Virus record (IMG/VR): IMGVR_UViG_3300028025_001269
Location: 1 to 56,719 of that record
Source: a virus
Taxonomy: Duplodnaviria > Caudoviricetes
Length of the DNA: 56,719 nucleotides
Reading direction: 5' to 3' (one strand)
Part shown: in pieces, positions 26,249-35,929 of the stretch
Position numbering within the stretch: the first letter of the stretch is position 1
How the letters are laid out: each line of letters starts with the position of its first letter
Position numbers and translations under genes: made by a program
Notes under the pieces: generated by a model
Told to the model about the DNA's origin: nothing
Databases searched by the model: none
What the model saw: the letters and a program-made list of their open reading frames with translations, nothing else

Positions 26249-27496
26249 TTACTGCCAGCTTTTGCCATTCCAAGTTTTAACAGTGCCATCAGCTGCATTG
26301 TACTTTTGACCGCTTACTAATTTGGTACCATCAATCTTACCGTCTGCAGTTTTAGGAATAGGAATAGCCTTTTCAGATACAGGGGGTGTTTCAGAAGTTT
26401 TATCTTTAGGTTCTTTAGGTTTCTCAGGAGCAGTGACAGACTTCCATGAGACTACTTTGCCATCTTTAATATTTGCATACGGCAATAGGGCATCACTAGC
26501 ATTGCGTCCACCTACAATATTGTTATCTTTGTCTAAGATACCTAGTTCTCTAGCTTGATCTTGAATCAACTTGTTCTTGTGCTCCATAAAGTTCTTAATG
26601 GCATCAGCATCACCCGTGATAGGAACATAATCATTAACACTAGGATCAAAGCGAACAACACCTTTAATCACAAATGGATCTAAGCCAGCACGTAAAGACT
26701 TATCCATGACAGAATTAATAGCAGCTGTAGTACGGGGTTTGCCATCTTCACCTTTCTCTTTAAACATGTCTTTAATAACAGCATCAGCACGGAGTTGAGC
26801 CAACAAGGGTTTAGCTTTATCTGAATTAAGATCTTCCCCTTTAGCCACTATATCTCGTAGCTTGTTCTGTATGTTAGTTAAGGATTCTGGATTACCAAAC
26901 TGCGACAGATCAAGTGTCCCAACCGTAGGTTTAAATTCAGCACCCATATCCACACGACCTCGAGCAATGCCCCTAACTTCAGCAGCAGTTCTACCTGAGA
27001 TAGATTCAAACTCTCTTTCAGCCTGTGCTACACCGGGAGATGCAAAGCCAAATGCCCCACGTACAACTGGAGTAGGCTTACCAGCATCTTGATCAACAGC
27101 GATACTAGTTTTCTTACGAACAAATTCTTCGGGTTCCATCTCAGTACCGGGCTTAGTAACTTTAAAGATACTTGCAAAGTCTACATCCCGTAAATCTTTT
27201 TTATTGTTTAGATCTTCAATAAGTTTCTTAGCTACAGGAGGTTGTTGAATAAGACCAAGGATCTGACTCTTAGTAAATCCAACACCTTGTGCATTCACAT
27301 ACGTAGATAATTGCTTAGCCTGTTCAGATAAAGTATCACGTTCTGTCTTCAGCCCTTTCTCTTTAGCTGAAGCCTCTTGAACTAGCTGATCTAATTCTTT
27401 AGTAGCCCCATTACGAATCTGCTTATTACGAGATTCAATAGACTCTGCTGCTCCTGTCGAGAAGCCAGCAACTAATGCTCCGAAGTCAAATGCCAT
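26249..27496 (-). CDS. Probable internal virion protein
   Basis: N-terminal FGALVAGF, coiled coil and position in the arm. Confidence 0.55.
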   Translation of the reverse strand: MAFDFGALVAGFSTGAAESIESRNKQIRNGATKELDQLVQEASAKEKGLKTERDTLSEQAKQLSTYVNAQGVGFTKSQILGLIQQPPVAKKLIEDLNNKKDLRDVDFASIFKVTKPGTEMEPEEFVRKKTSIAVDQDAGKPTPVVRGAFGFASPGVAQAEREFESISGRTAAEVRGIARGRVDMGAEFKPTVGTLDLSQFGNPESLTNIQNKLRDIVAKGEDLNSDKAKPLLAQLRADAVIKDMFKEKGEDGKPRTTAAINSVMDKSLRAGLDPFVIKGVVRFDPSVNDYVPITGDADAIKNFMEHKNKLIQDQARELGILDKDNNIVGGRNASDALLPYANIKDGKVVSWKSVTAPEKPKEPKDKTSETPPVSEKAIPIPKTADGKIDGTKLVSGQKYNAADGTVKTWNGKSWQ

Positions 27497-27497
27497 A

Positions 27498-28016
27498 TTA
27501 TTCTACCATCCCTTTCTGTGGTCTAGACATCAACCCCATTGGTTCCGTCATAGGAGGTTCTTCTGGTAGTGCTGTAGGTATTTCTTCTTCTGGTTCAGCC
27601 ATTGATTTCTCAAGGTCTTTCATAGCCATTCTTACAGCACGAGGATTAGCAACAAAGCCTTCCATGATCTGATCCATAGATTCTGCATAGCGAACACCAT
27701 ACATATCTGCTACAGCCATAATCATTTCTTCTACTGCTGGGGCAACAAGGATTCCTACATCAATAGTGTGTAGTCCTTCCATGACACTAGTCTTCTGGAG
27801 AATGTTAGCTACGTTCTGTACAGGAACTTGTAGCTCTAGCATTTCAAGAATAGCATCATGGCTCTCTGTGTCAGAGATTAATCTATTAGCATAGAACTCA
27901 AGAGCATCCTCAACTGTTACAAGCATAGGAGGATTTTCCCATGGGCGATTGCCCGGCTCTGTCGTTAAAGACATTCCGGGAATTGGGGCATTTACAAATC
28001 CAGCATCAGCAGCCAT
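27498..28016 (-). CDS. Probable virion protein (APIPGMSLT.EPG.RPWE.PP type)
   Basis: Position; C-terminal GLMSR motif. Confidence 0.6.
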   Translation of the reverse strand: MAADAGFVNAPIPGMSLTTEPGNRPWENPPMLVTVEDALEFYANRLISDTESHDAILEMLELQVPVQNVANILQKTSVMEGLHTIDVGILVAPAVEEMIMAVADMYGVRYAESMDQIMEGFVANPRAVRMAMKDLEKSMAEPEEEIPTALPEEPPMTEPMGLMSRPQKGMVE

Positions 28017-28243
28017 TACTTTGATCCCTTCTTATTGTTATTCTGTTGGAACTCTAATCTCTTTTGACGAAGGGCATATACAAATTCACCAATGGTAGCT
28101 ATGGCATCTTTCTGTTCTGGAGTACCTCTAGCCATAGAATTCTTAGGTGATAGCAGTCCTTTGGAATCATTACCTTTGGAAGAAGCACTACCCTTCTGCT
28201 TGATGTATGCTTCAATCTTTTTCTTGTATGTCTTAACGCTCAT
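28016..28243 (-). CDS. Small basic protein
   Basis: Coupled ORF; KGLLSPK motif. Confidence 0.6.
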   Translation of the reverse strand: MSVKTYKKKIEAYIKQKGSASSKGNDSKGLLSPKNSMARGTPEQKDAIATIGEFVYALRQKRLEFQQNNNKKGSK

Positions 28244-28253
28244 TGTTTATTCC

Positions 28254-30218
28254 TCACAGTTCCACAGGACCAGACTCAAAGAAGCTACCTACCCACTTAG
28301 CACCCTCATCCCATATTTTACCTCCAATTGAGGTGAGTGCTTTCAGAGCATCTGCAGGTAAGCTAGTTCCAGATATAATGCTTGCAGCAGACTTACCAAT
28401 AGCCATGGTGATCTCAGCATCTTTAGCCATAGTAGCAGCTAAGATAGTAGCGTTAGCAGCAATCTCTTGTTTAGCAATTGCATTGACACGCTCTTTGGCA
28501 CTCTCAGAAGACTTCCATGAATACTCAATCTCATCACGGAACTGCTGCCACATATTGTTATATTCTACCATGGTAATTTCCATAGCTTTGGTAGCATTAA
28601 ACTCATTAGCCCTGTTGATAGCTGCAGTGTTAGCAGTAGAAATCTCTCTACGCCACTGGGCATTTGACTGGTCAATCACAAGTCTATTCTGAGCATTGAA
28701 CTGATCACGCTGGTTCTGTACTTCTGAATTAAACTTAGCTACAGTATTTGCTTGGTCAGTATTAAACTGGGACATAGCATTGGTTTGTGTAGTATTAAAC
28801 TGTCCTACTTGGGTAGTCAGATTAGCAAAGAACTGGTCTGTCTGATTCTGACTGGAGGCATTGAACTGCTTAGCAGCATTAACAGCAGCTGTGTCTGTTA
28901 GGATAGACTGCACATTAGACTGGGCTTTAAAGATCTCAGTCTGCTGTTCATTAGCTAAGTTAGCCATATCCATCTGTAAGAAAGACTGAGCATTAACTAC
29001 AGCAGCTTGCTGACGGTTGTTAAGGTTAGCAGATTCTAAGTTAGCTATCTGTGCAGCATTAGCCATGACTAAAGCTTGACTGTTAGACAGATTAGCTAGA
29101 TCCATAGTCTGTGCCATACGAGCATTCTCTAATGCAATCTGTTGCTGTGCAGTAAAGTTTATGTTTGCTATATCCGATACCTTAGCTGCATTCATAACTC
29201 GAGTCTGGAAAGCCTGATCAAACTCTTGACCTAAGAACTGGGCACGTTGCTGAGCATTGAGGACAGCAACCTGCTGTCTGTTAGACAAGTTCTGTAATCC
29301 CATCTGTTGAAATACAGCAGCATCCTGAGCAGCGATAGGTGTAGCAGCTTCGAGGGTAGCTTGGATAATAGCTTGACCTGCTAAGCTAGAAGCACCTAAA
29401 CCACGAGCAGCCATCTGTGCAGTAGCGTTACGTAGTGAAGCAGCTGCCCATGGTGGAGGATTGCCTGTTTCAAAGTTAGCCATTAACTTCCCTAGCTGAC
29501 CTTGAACTGTCATGTCCTCTGTTACAACACCTTGAGCAGCTTCATTCTTAGCTAGTGTTTGTTCTACCTGTGTCATATCAACTGCAGGACCAGAGACTAT
29601 TTCACCTGCACCCAACTCACGGGTAGGTGCACCAGTTACTTGTGTAGCAGTTCCCTGTGCAGCTTTTAAGCTACTAACAGCAGTAGAGGTAGGCTCCATC
29701 TGTGCTGCTTGTACCTGTGCCTGAGGTGCTACTGTACCTTGTGCAGCCTCTACATTTTGAAGTGCAGCACTTACATCTGGGGCAGCAGTAGTTGCAGTCA
29801 TTGTAGCTGCGGGAGTAATAGTGGGGGCTGCAGCTGTAGCAGCTGTAACTGGAGCAGCACCTGTGACAGTAGCTGCCTGTGTAGGAGCTAACTCAGTAGC
29901 AAGTGTTTCATCTGCACTTGCAGTTTGAATTGCTGGGGCTACCTGTGCAGCCTTAGGTTGAATAGGGAAACCTGTGACAGGATCAACGGTGGCAGTACCC
30001 GCTTTTTGTGCAGTAGGTATTACATCTCCACCAACAGCATAGTTAGTAGCTCTAACCATACCACCCTTAGCCATGAACTTCTCCGTAATCAAACCATACT
30101 TCTGAGCATCAGCCGGAGTAGACTTGAGGTACTTATCAAACATATTCATAGGTCCTTCATAGCCCATCTTACGAGCTACAATCTCCCGTTGCTTTTCTGT
30201 GAATGTTTTATCTGCCAT
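28254..30218 (-). CDS. Internal virion / DNA-ejection protein (Ala/Gln/Asn-rich)
   Basis: Long A/Q/N heptad-like region; MAKGG and YAVGG motifs near the N-terminus. Confidence 0.65.
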   Translation of the reverse strand: MADKTFTEKQREIVARKMGYEGPMNMFDKYLKSTPADAQKYGLITEKFMAKGGMVRATNYAVGGDVIPTAQKAGTATVDPVTGFPIQPKAAQVAPAIQTASADETLATELAPTQAATVTGAAPVTAATAAAPTITPAATMTATTAAPDVSAALQNVEAAQGTVAPQAQVQAAQMEPTSTAVSSLKAAQGTATQVTGAPTRELGAGEIVSGPAVDMTQVEQTLAKNEAAQGVVTEDMTVQGQLGKLMANFETGNPPPWAAASLRNATAQMAARGLGASSLAGQAIIQATLEAATPIAAQDAAVFQQMGLQNLSNRQQVAVLNAQQRAQFLGQEFDQAFQTRVMNAAKVSDIANINFTAQQQIALENARMAQTMDLANLSNSQALVMANAAQIANLESANLNNRQQAAVVNAQSFLQMDMANLANEQQTEIFKAQSNVQSILTDTAAVNAAKQFNASSQNQTDQFFANLTTQVGQFNTTQTNAMSQFNTDQANTVAKFNSEVQNQRDQFNAQNRLVIDQSNAQWRREISTANTAAINRANEFNATKAMEITMVEYNNMWQQFRDEIEYSWKSSESAKERVNAIAKQEIAANATILAATMAKDAEITMAIGKSAASIISGTSLPADALKALTSIGGKIWDEGAKWVGSFFESGPVEL

Positions 30219-30230
30219 AATGTGAAAACC

Positions 30231-30665
30231 TTAAGAGAATATTCTAGTGCCAGCTTTGTCTATAATTAATGCTTGTTTACGTGGTGGTCTTGCAGCAGTG
30301 TCAGGAACGCTTATATGGGTCCATGAGCCGAATTCTTCTATGATCTGATCATACCCTATGTTCGATGCAATGACAGCCTCTACGACCTGTTTAGGGGTCA
30401 TGCCGGGGACACGGATGTCAGCAGCACACCCGATACGATGTTGGCTGGTGTCTTTCGATCCAACCGAATCATTCACAGCTTTAGACCTGAAACCTGAGTT
30501 TAACAGAATAGGCTTGTTAAGTAAAGATCTTACTTCTTCCAGTAGTGCAGCTAAACGAACTAGATTAGAAACCTCTAAAGCATTAGGGGTATTGTCTAAG
30601 TTCTTACGCTCAGCTACTTCCGAGTGGGTTAGTTCTTCAAGGGTAAAGTGTTCACTTAGCTGCAT
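30231..30665 (-). CDS. Endolysin, peptidase M15A family
   Basis: SGFR, SQH..G.AAD and WTHIS zinc-ligand motifs. Confidence 0.88.
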   Translation of the reverse strand: MQLSEHFTLEELTHSEVAERKNLDNTPNALEVSNLVRLAALLEEVRSLLNKPILLNSGFRSKAVNDSVGSKDTSQHRIGCAADIRVPGMTPKQVVEAVIASNIGYDQIIEEFGSWTHISVPDTAARPPRKQALIIDKAGTRIFS

Positions 30666-31065
30666 CTTTTTCCTTCGCTTTCATATCCATGATCTTCTCC
30701 AGAGTACGACCCCCGAAATAGAAGGACATAATTAACATGCCCCACTGACCTAGTAGTTCTACATAGGCTTTGTTTGTGTCTAAGTCAAATGCTGACATCA
30801 TGGCAAAGATGAAGTAGCCACCTAGGATAAACAATAAAGTCATAGGTCTAATGTTCTTAGATAACCAAGAATCACTAGACATGTCAGCTTGTAGTCTTGC
30901 AGTTAACTCATGCTGTTCTGCAGCATCTGCATTGATCTTAGCTAACTCACCATTCTGTTGCATCTCTAATAGTTTTAGCTTAGCCTGTTCTGCTTGAGCA
31001 GGATCAGGGAATACCTTGTCTAAGATTTTACCACCAATGTCTAGTAACGCACCTAATGGAAACAT
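30652..31065 (-). CDS. Holin (3TM gene-transfer-release type)
   Basis: SWLSKNIRP, two hydrophobic helices and YFGGRT.EK; adjacent to the endolysin. Confidence 0.75.
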   Translation of the reverse strand: MFPLGALLDIGGKILDKVFPDPAQAEQAKLKLLEMQQNGELAKINADAAEQHELTARLQADMSSDSWLSKNIRPMTLLFILGGYFIFAMMSAFDLDTNKAYVELLGQWGMLIMSFYFGGRTLEKIMDMKAKEKDAAK

Positions 31066-31521
31066 TTAAAAAGCTCCTAAAATAAATTTAAGCCACAGGG
31101 TTACAATCAATGCGGCAACAAAACAATAGAACTGCACCCGCCTCACTGCTGTTAAATCGTGTTGGAACTCTTCGTTGTTCTTGCGTTCCATGTTTTCTAT
31201 ATCCAACTTAATCTTAAGCAATGCATCCCACTCTTTGGCACCGTACTGCTTAACAAACTTAATCTTTAAATCAGCCTCTTCATCAGAGATTTGCTTCTTT
31301 CTTTTCCACTCGTTTAAAGCCTTGACTAAAGCTCGTTCTTTCCTGAGTTCTGCTTCACGGGCTGCTCGTACTCTTTCTTGTGCCCTTTGTTTGGCTACGT
31401 CTGTTGCATCTTGTTGTATGCTTTCAATCTGTTTAGAGACAGACTTACCTGCCTCACGAGCAGAGTCCAGCCCAGAACTAAGCCCCTTTACCCCTTCGGT
31501 TAAACCCAGTAAATCGGACAT
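31066..31521 (-). CDS. Coiled-coil protein with C-terminal membrane anchor
   Basis: Charged helical body and C-terminal hydrophobic helix; lies in the lysis cluster. Confidence 0.6.
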   Translation of the reverse strand: MSDLLGLTEGVKGLSSGLDSAREAGKSVSKQIESIQQDATDVAKQRAQERVRAAREAELRKERALVKALNEWKRKKQISDEEADLKIKFVKQYGAKEWDALLKIKLDIENMERKNNEEFQHDLTAVRRVQFYCFVAALIVTLWLKFILGAF

Positions 31522-31527
31522 AGGTTA

Positions 31528-31734
31528 TCATTTTCTAAATACCATCTCTGAAACATAGCTGATAAAAGCACCAGCAACAGAAGCAACACCCATCAGTGCC
31601 CACAGAGAACCTTTACTACGCTCTGCCATAGCCACTAACTTCTTGATGTCTACTTCCATAGCATCTACCTTACGCTCTAAGTTCTCAACGGAGTTAACTA
31701 ACTTGCCGTACTCGATTGGGTCTATGTCTGTCAT
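31528..31734 (-). CDS. Small coiled-coil plus TM protein (XhlA/holin-like)
   Basis: Heptad repeat followed by one TM helix. Confidence 0.55.
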   Translation of the reverse strand: MTDIDPIEYGKLVNSVENLERKVDAMEVDIKKLVAMAERSKGSLWALMGVASVAGAFISYVSEMVFRK

Positions 31735-32636
31735 ACCGCTGCCCCTTCTAACGCTGTAATTCGTACTGCTTGTGCATCTACGGTTGCTTTAAGTTCTTGA
31801 ATGGCGGCAGTAAGGGTAGCTACTAAGAAGCTAGTATCAATGCCTTGATATTGCGGATTACCATTAGCATCAACAGCGTCTTTATCACCGCTTACGCAAT
31901 CAGGCACAATGGCTTGTAATTCATGGGCAATAAAACCTTGACCGTCAGAATTATCTATATTCCACTTATAGGTAACTGGTCTAAGCGCAGATACTTTTTC
32001 TAAAGCGCCTGTCATTGGTGCAATAGAGTTTTTTAAACGGTAATCTGAGGATGTGTTGTAAGAAGTTGATGATGTTGTTGATTCAATAGAGCCAATGCGT
32101 GATGTGTTTGACCCAGTAAAAAAGTCAATTTGACGCATTGTTCCAGAACCAGTAGAATTAATACAGCTTATGGATGGCTGTGTTGTTGTTCCATTATTCT
32201 GAACAACATTTCTAGCGCCATAAGATGCGCTTGTAGTCCCAACCAACAAATTACCACTAGAGTCAATACGCATCCGTTCTGAACCGCCTGTTTGAAATGT
32301 CATTGGCAGGTATGTGCCTGACCCACGAACAGCAGAACGAATAGAATATTCGGTTGAGTTAATTATAAGTTGACCCATTGATGGGCTATTAGAACCGTTT
32401 GGGTCGCTTTTATTGTAGACCTCTAAATTTGCTTGTGTTGCAGTACCACTTGGTATAACACCAACTACTGTTACATTATCGGTTGTGCTGTTTTGAAAAA
32501 AAACACGATTAGAAATCGTAGCATTACTAAAATCACCAGTAATGCGCTGTGCCGTACCAGTAAAATTTAAGTTCCCTGAACTGTCCACTGTAATAGCACC
32601 ATCGAGCATTTGCCCATTTACTTTAGTTAACGCCAT
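31731..32636 (-). CDS. Tail fibre with C-terminal intramolecular chaperone (peptidase S74-like)
   Basis: ERMRIDSSGN repeat unit; SDYRLK cleavage motif; GFIAHELQ; C-terminal coiled coil. Confidence 0.85.
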   Translation of the reverse strand: MALTKVNGQMLDGAITVDSSGNLNFTGTAQRITGDFSNATISNRVFFQNSTTDNVTVVGVIPSGTATQANLEVYNKSDPNGSNSPSMGQLIINSTEYSIRSAVRGSGTYLPMTFQTGGSERMRIDSSGNLLVGTTSASYGARNVVQNNGTTTQPSISCINSTGSGTMRQIDFFTGSNTSRIGSIESTTSSTSYNTSSDYRLKNSIAPMTGALEKVSALRPVTYKWNIDNSDGQGFIAHELQAIVPDCVSGDKDAVDANGNPQYQGIDTSFLVATLTAAIQELKATVDAQAVRITALEGAAV

Positions 32637-32830
32637 TATTCTGCTCCCTCTGTATTCTCGCCTGTCGGCTGCGATTCTGCTGGTTCTGGGGTGTTACCCT
32701 CTGCTACCCATGCAAGATAGGCTTGGTAGTCTGTATTGGCTGGGTCGAAAGGTATAAATGTATTTGTGCCAGTTAAACGAACCGCATTATCACAAACTGA
32801 ACCATCTCTGTTTTTAAATAATTGATACAT
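32636..32830 (-). CDS. Small tail-fibre-associated protein
   Basis: IPFDPANTDYQAYL.W...GNTP motif; paralog at 35767-35928. Confidence 0.7.
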   Translation of the reverse strand: MYQLFKNRDGSVCDNAVRLTGTNTFIPFDPANTDYQAYLAWVAEGNTPEPAESQPTGENTEGAE

Positions 32831-32832
32831 AG

Positions 32833-33816
32833 TTATAACTCCGCATTAGAAAATATTGCATCAACATTTCGATTGTTAGTAACACCTGAACTATATAGCC
32901 CATAACCATCAACTTGAGCACCACTACCAGCAATAGTAAAATTTACTGTATATGTATTTGTAGGTGTTGCTCTTTTGGGTACATAAGTTCCATTAAAAAT
33001 GGTGTTTGAACCATCACTAGTGCCAAAAGTTGTTACTGATTGTTTTTGATAATACCGTTTACATAAATAATCTTCAGTACCATAAGGTCTGTAATCAAAA
33101 CTCGTGGCTGACGAGCCTACCTCTAGCTGGACTCCAGTAATGTACCAAGTAGCACCGTTTGTGCCGACTACTGAAACAGAGCCAGTTGGCTGAACCAAAT
33201 TACCCGCTTGCCATGAATTAGCTGTGCCAGTAAAGTTTGAACCGCAGCCTAATCCAAATCGAATTGCAATACCAAGACCATTAGTTGCCCCAATCCAAGT
33301 GCCAGTAGTATCGCCAGCAATAGTTACGCTAATTTTTGTCCAAGTATTTGCTACAGGAATTGAGTAACTAAATATATAACTTCTATCAAAAGCGGAATTA
33401 TTTAAAACACCACCAAATGTACCTGTTAATGAACTGCGAACCCAAAAACTAATGGTAACTGTTTTAGCTGTGCTTTTACCAAAATCTAAGTCTGCCGTGT
33501 TAAATCCCTCAATATATTGGGCTAATAAAAAAGCATCGCCAGCAGCAACTGAATATGCGGAAGTTGAAGTTATTCCAATGTAATTGCTAAACCCTTCAGG
33601 CGGGGTTACTGCACCAGCATTTTGTTGAATTGAAAATTTAGATGCTTGAGTTAAAACTGCTGACCATCTATCCAAAGTATATGTAGAAGCAGTAGGAGTA
33701 ACACTAGCACCGTTGTTCCTCTGATCCAAAACCATCGCACCGTTTATGATTCTATTCTTGAATGCTTCAGATACACCTGCTGAGGCTACCTGTGCAAGTT
33801 CGACTGCTCTAGTCAT
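32833..33816 (-). CDS. Tail fibre / receptor-binding protein
   Basis: NRIING.M..DQRN...YTLDRW...GVQLEVG..AT.F...C.RY; paralog of 35930-37276. Confidence 0.75.
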   Translation of the reverse strand: MTRAVELAQVASAGVSEAFKNRIINGAMVLDQRNNGASVTPTASTYTLDRWSAVLTQASKFSIQQNAGAVTPPEGFSNYIGITSTSAYSVAAGDAFLLAQYIEGFNTADLDFGKSTAKTVTISFWVRSSLTGTFGGVLNNSAFDRSYIFSYSIPVANTWTKISVTIAGDTTGTWIGATNGLGIAIRFGLGCGSNFTGTANSWQAGNLVQPTGSVSVVGTNGATWYITGVQLEVGSSATSFDYRPYGTEDYLCKRYYQKQSVTTFGTSDGSNTIFNGTYVPKRATPTNTYTVNFTIAGSGAQVDGYGLYSSGVTNNRNVDAIFSNAEL

Positions 33817-34034
33817 AATGAAATACCTTTCAATTCATCTAGCGTAGTTGCCTCATCAGCCAACCGAGTAATATCACGAAGTCTTTGCTTCTCAGCCACG
33901 ATAGTAGCAGTGTCTGCATTATTCTCTAAAGCTCTCTGAAACAATACATCTTGTGCTTCTAAGAGTGCAGTACGCTCTGTGCGTAAGCGGTCTTTGGTAA
34001 TTGCTTTAGCCTTATCAAAGTTAATCGTAATCAT
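33813..34034 (-). CDS. Tail fibre assembly-like protein, C-terminal part
   Basis: R..R..LL...D and KQ.LRDIT motifs; start re-called at 34034. Confidence 0.6.
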   Translation of the reverse strand: MITINFDKAKAITKDRLRTERTALLEAQDVLFQRALENNADTATIVAEKQRLRDITRLADEATTLDELKGISL

Positions 34035-34216
34035 TCTTGGTACTCCCATGCGTTACGGAATGTGCGGTCTGTAGGAATGTCAGTAACATCAACAATCTTA
34101 AATGGTTTGCCTTCAGGCACATCTTTAGCGGCAATTTCTTCAATTGTTAATCCGCAATCGGCTGGAACAATAATGGCTACACCATCATCAGTAGGGTAAA
34201 TAATTCGTTGGTTCAT
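34031..34216 (-). CDS. Tail fibre assembly-like protein, N-terminal part
   Basis: KDVP.G.P and DIPTDRTFRNAW motifs. Confidence 0.65.
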   Translation of the reverse strand: MNQRIIYPTDDGVAIIVPADCGLTIEEIAAKDVPEGKPFKIVDVTDIPTDRTFRNAWEYQE

Positions 34217-34228
34217 TTTGTTTTCCTT

Positions 34229-35209
34229 TTAACGAAATACTGAAGCAGTAACAATAGCTGAATCTGCGTTTGATGTAGCTGTATTATAGTTTGCTGTCCA
34301 AAACCTAAAACTAGAAGTAGTTGGGCTTACTAAAGAAGGCGCATTTGTTCCAAACATAAATACTTGTAAATAACTAGCTGCTGTTATTTGAGCAGATACT
34401 TGTGCTGAATAATTAATATCAGGCATAGCAGTTGTAAAGTTAATTGTGTAATCACCTACACCATTATCAGTAATAGAAGTTACATTGCCACTTGCGTTAA
34501 TAGCTACAGTACCAGTACCGTTAAAGTTCACCCATGCACGACAGCCGTATGCCGTAGCGACTGAGCCGTATCCTGAGTTAAATGATAAGTTGCCTGCACT
34601 ATTCCACGATGGAGCACCTGTACTTAAGTCTGCTGGTACGACTGCACCGTTGGCAATCTTATCGGTAGTAATAGCACCATCATTAATATACGAAGTTGTT
34701 ACAGCGTTTGCCACTGCTGGGATAGCATTGAGTACTGAACTTACATAAAACGATATAGTCTCTACTAAGTCACCCTCAGATGCAGCATTAGTCAGTACTA
34801 CAGTCGTACCGCTAGTAGCCGTAAAGTCAGCAGAGCCTAGTAACGCACCGTTACGGTAGACATCAATGTATCCCACTGTGTAAGAGGGTACTGAGAAAGT
34901 AGTCTGACCAGCAGTAGCTGTGAACTCGGTCTGGGTACGGTAGGCTGTAGTAGTTACACCAGAGGCAGGTATGCCCAAGTAACGTACCGATATATTACCT
35001 GTAGCACTTGGGGGTGCTGCACTGAATGTAAGGGTTAAACCTGAAACAGAATAAGTGGTAGGGTCCTGTAAGACACCTGAAACTGCCACAAGGATAGATG
35101 CAGTATTGGCAGGTGCAGCACTTAATGTGAAGGCTGTCTGACTTCCTGTACCATTAAACTGGTCGGTTAAGAAGGCTACCGAGGTTGGTTGATTTCCTAT
35201 GTATGACAT
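34229..35209 (-). CDS. Tail fibre protein
   Basis: MSYIGNQP N-module, TATAGQT.F module and RAWVNFNG...GDYT.NF C-module. Confidence 0.75.
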   Translation of the reverse strand: MSYIGNQPTSVAFLTDQFNGTGSQTAFTLSAAPANTASILVAVSGVLQDPTTYSVSGLTLTFSAAPPSATGNISVRYLGIPASGVTTTAYRTQTEFTATAGQTTFSVPSYTVGYIDVYRNGALLGSADFTATSGTTVVLTNAASEGDLVETISFYVSSVLNAIPAVANAVTTSYINDGAITTDKIANGAVVPADLSTGAPSWNSAGNLSFNSGYGSVATAYGCRAWVNFNGTGTVAINASGNVTSITDNGVGDYTINFTTAMPDINYSAQVSAQITAASYLQVFMFGTNAPSLVSPTTSSFRFWTANYNTATSNADSAIVTASVFR

Positions 35210-35218
35210 TGCCTGTCC

Positions 35219-35767
35219 TTATTCGTACAAGATGTTGATTGTGCCAGCGTCAAATGTGTCTGTGTTATTGACTGCGGTGATGCGAACTTGAGTTAGTGTG
35301 TCGGATAAAGGCTTAGCACCAGAACTTTGATACACGTTAGTTCCGTTTGTCCCTGACAAAATTGCTTGTTGAGTCCATAAAAAGCTATTTGCATTAAGCA
35401 ATGTTAAAACACAAGTTCCACTTGCTGTAGTAGCTGCAATAACTGAGTTAAGAATCATAAACCCTGTCGTTGAACTTGTACCTGATGCACCTACTTGGCA
35501 ATTACTTTTATAACCTGTAATTTCAAAGCCACCTGCATCGCCAATTTGAACTAAATAATTGCTCGACCCGTTAGTGCTAACCTCGTTAAACATTACAGTA
35601 ATACGTTTTACCCAACTAGGGATACTTTCAAAATCAATAAATGTATTCGTAGTCAAACTATTCCAGTTATGGGCTTTAGCTGTTCCGCTAGTTAATGGCT
35701 GTGCTAGATCAGTCGGTGTAACTGAGGCGTTTTCAATACTTGCGCTGTTAATTTGACTTACTGGCAT
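35219..35767 (-). CDS. Tail fibre-related beta protein
   Basis: IPSWVKRITV...FDAG.INI.YE; start re-called at ATG 35767. Confidence 0.65.
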   Translation of the reverse strand: MPVSQINSASIENASVTPTDLAQPLTSGTAKAHNWNSLTTNTFIDFESIPSWVKRITVMFNEVSTNGSSNYLVQIGDAGGFEITGYKSNCQVGASGTSSTTGFMILNSVIAATTASGTCVLTLLNANSFLWTQQAILSGTNGTNVYQSSGAKPLSDTLTQVRITAVNNTDTFDAGTINILYE

Positions 35768-35928
35768 TATGTATTCTCCGCTGGTAATGGTGTGTTGCCT
35801 TCTGCAAGCCATTCAAGGTATTCTTGGTAGTCTGTGTTGTCAATTGAAAAAGGTATAAAAACACCGTCACTTGTACGATATACGCAATTTATTTTTTCAC
35901 TAATATTATCTTTAATTAATTTATACAT
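35767..35928 (-). CDS. Small tail-fibre-associated protein, 53 aa (not in the ORF track)
   Basis: MYKLIKD...FIPFSIDNTDYQEYLEWLAEGNTP; paralog of 32636-32830. Confidence 0.75.
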   Translation of the reverse strand: MYKLIKDNISEKINCVYRTSDGVFIPFSIDNTDYQEYLEWLAEGNTPLPAENT

Positions 35929-35929
35929 T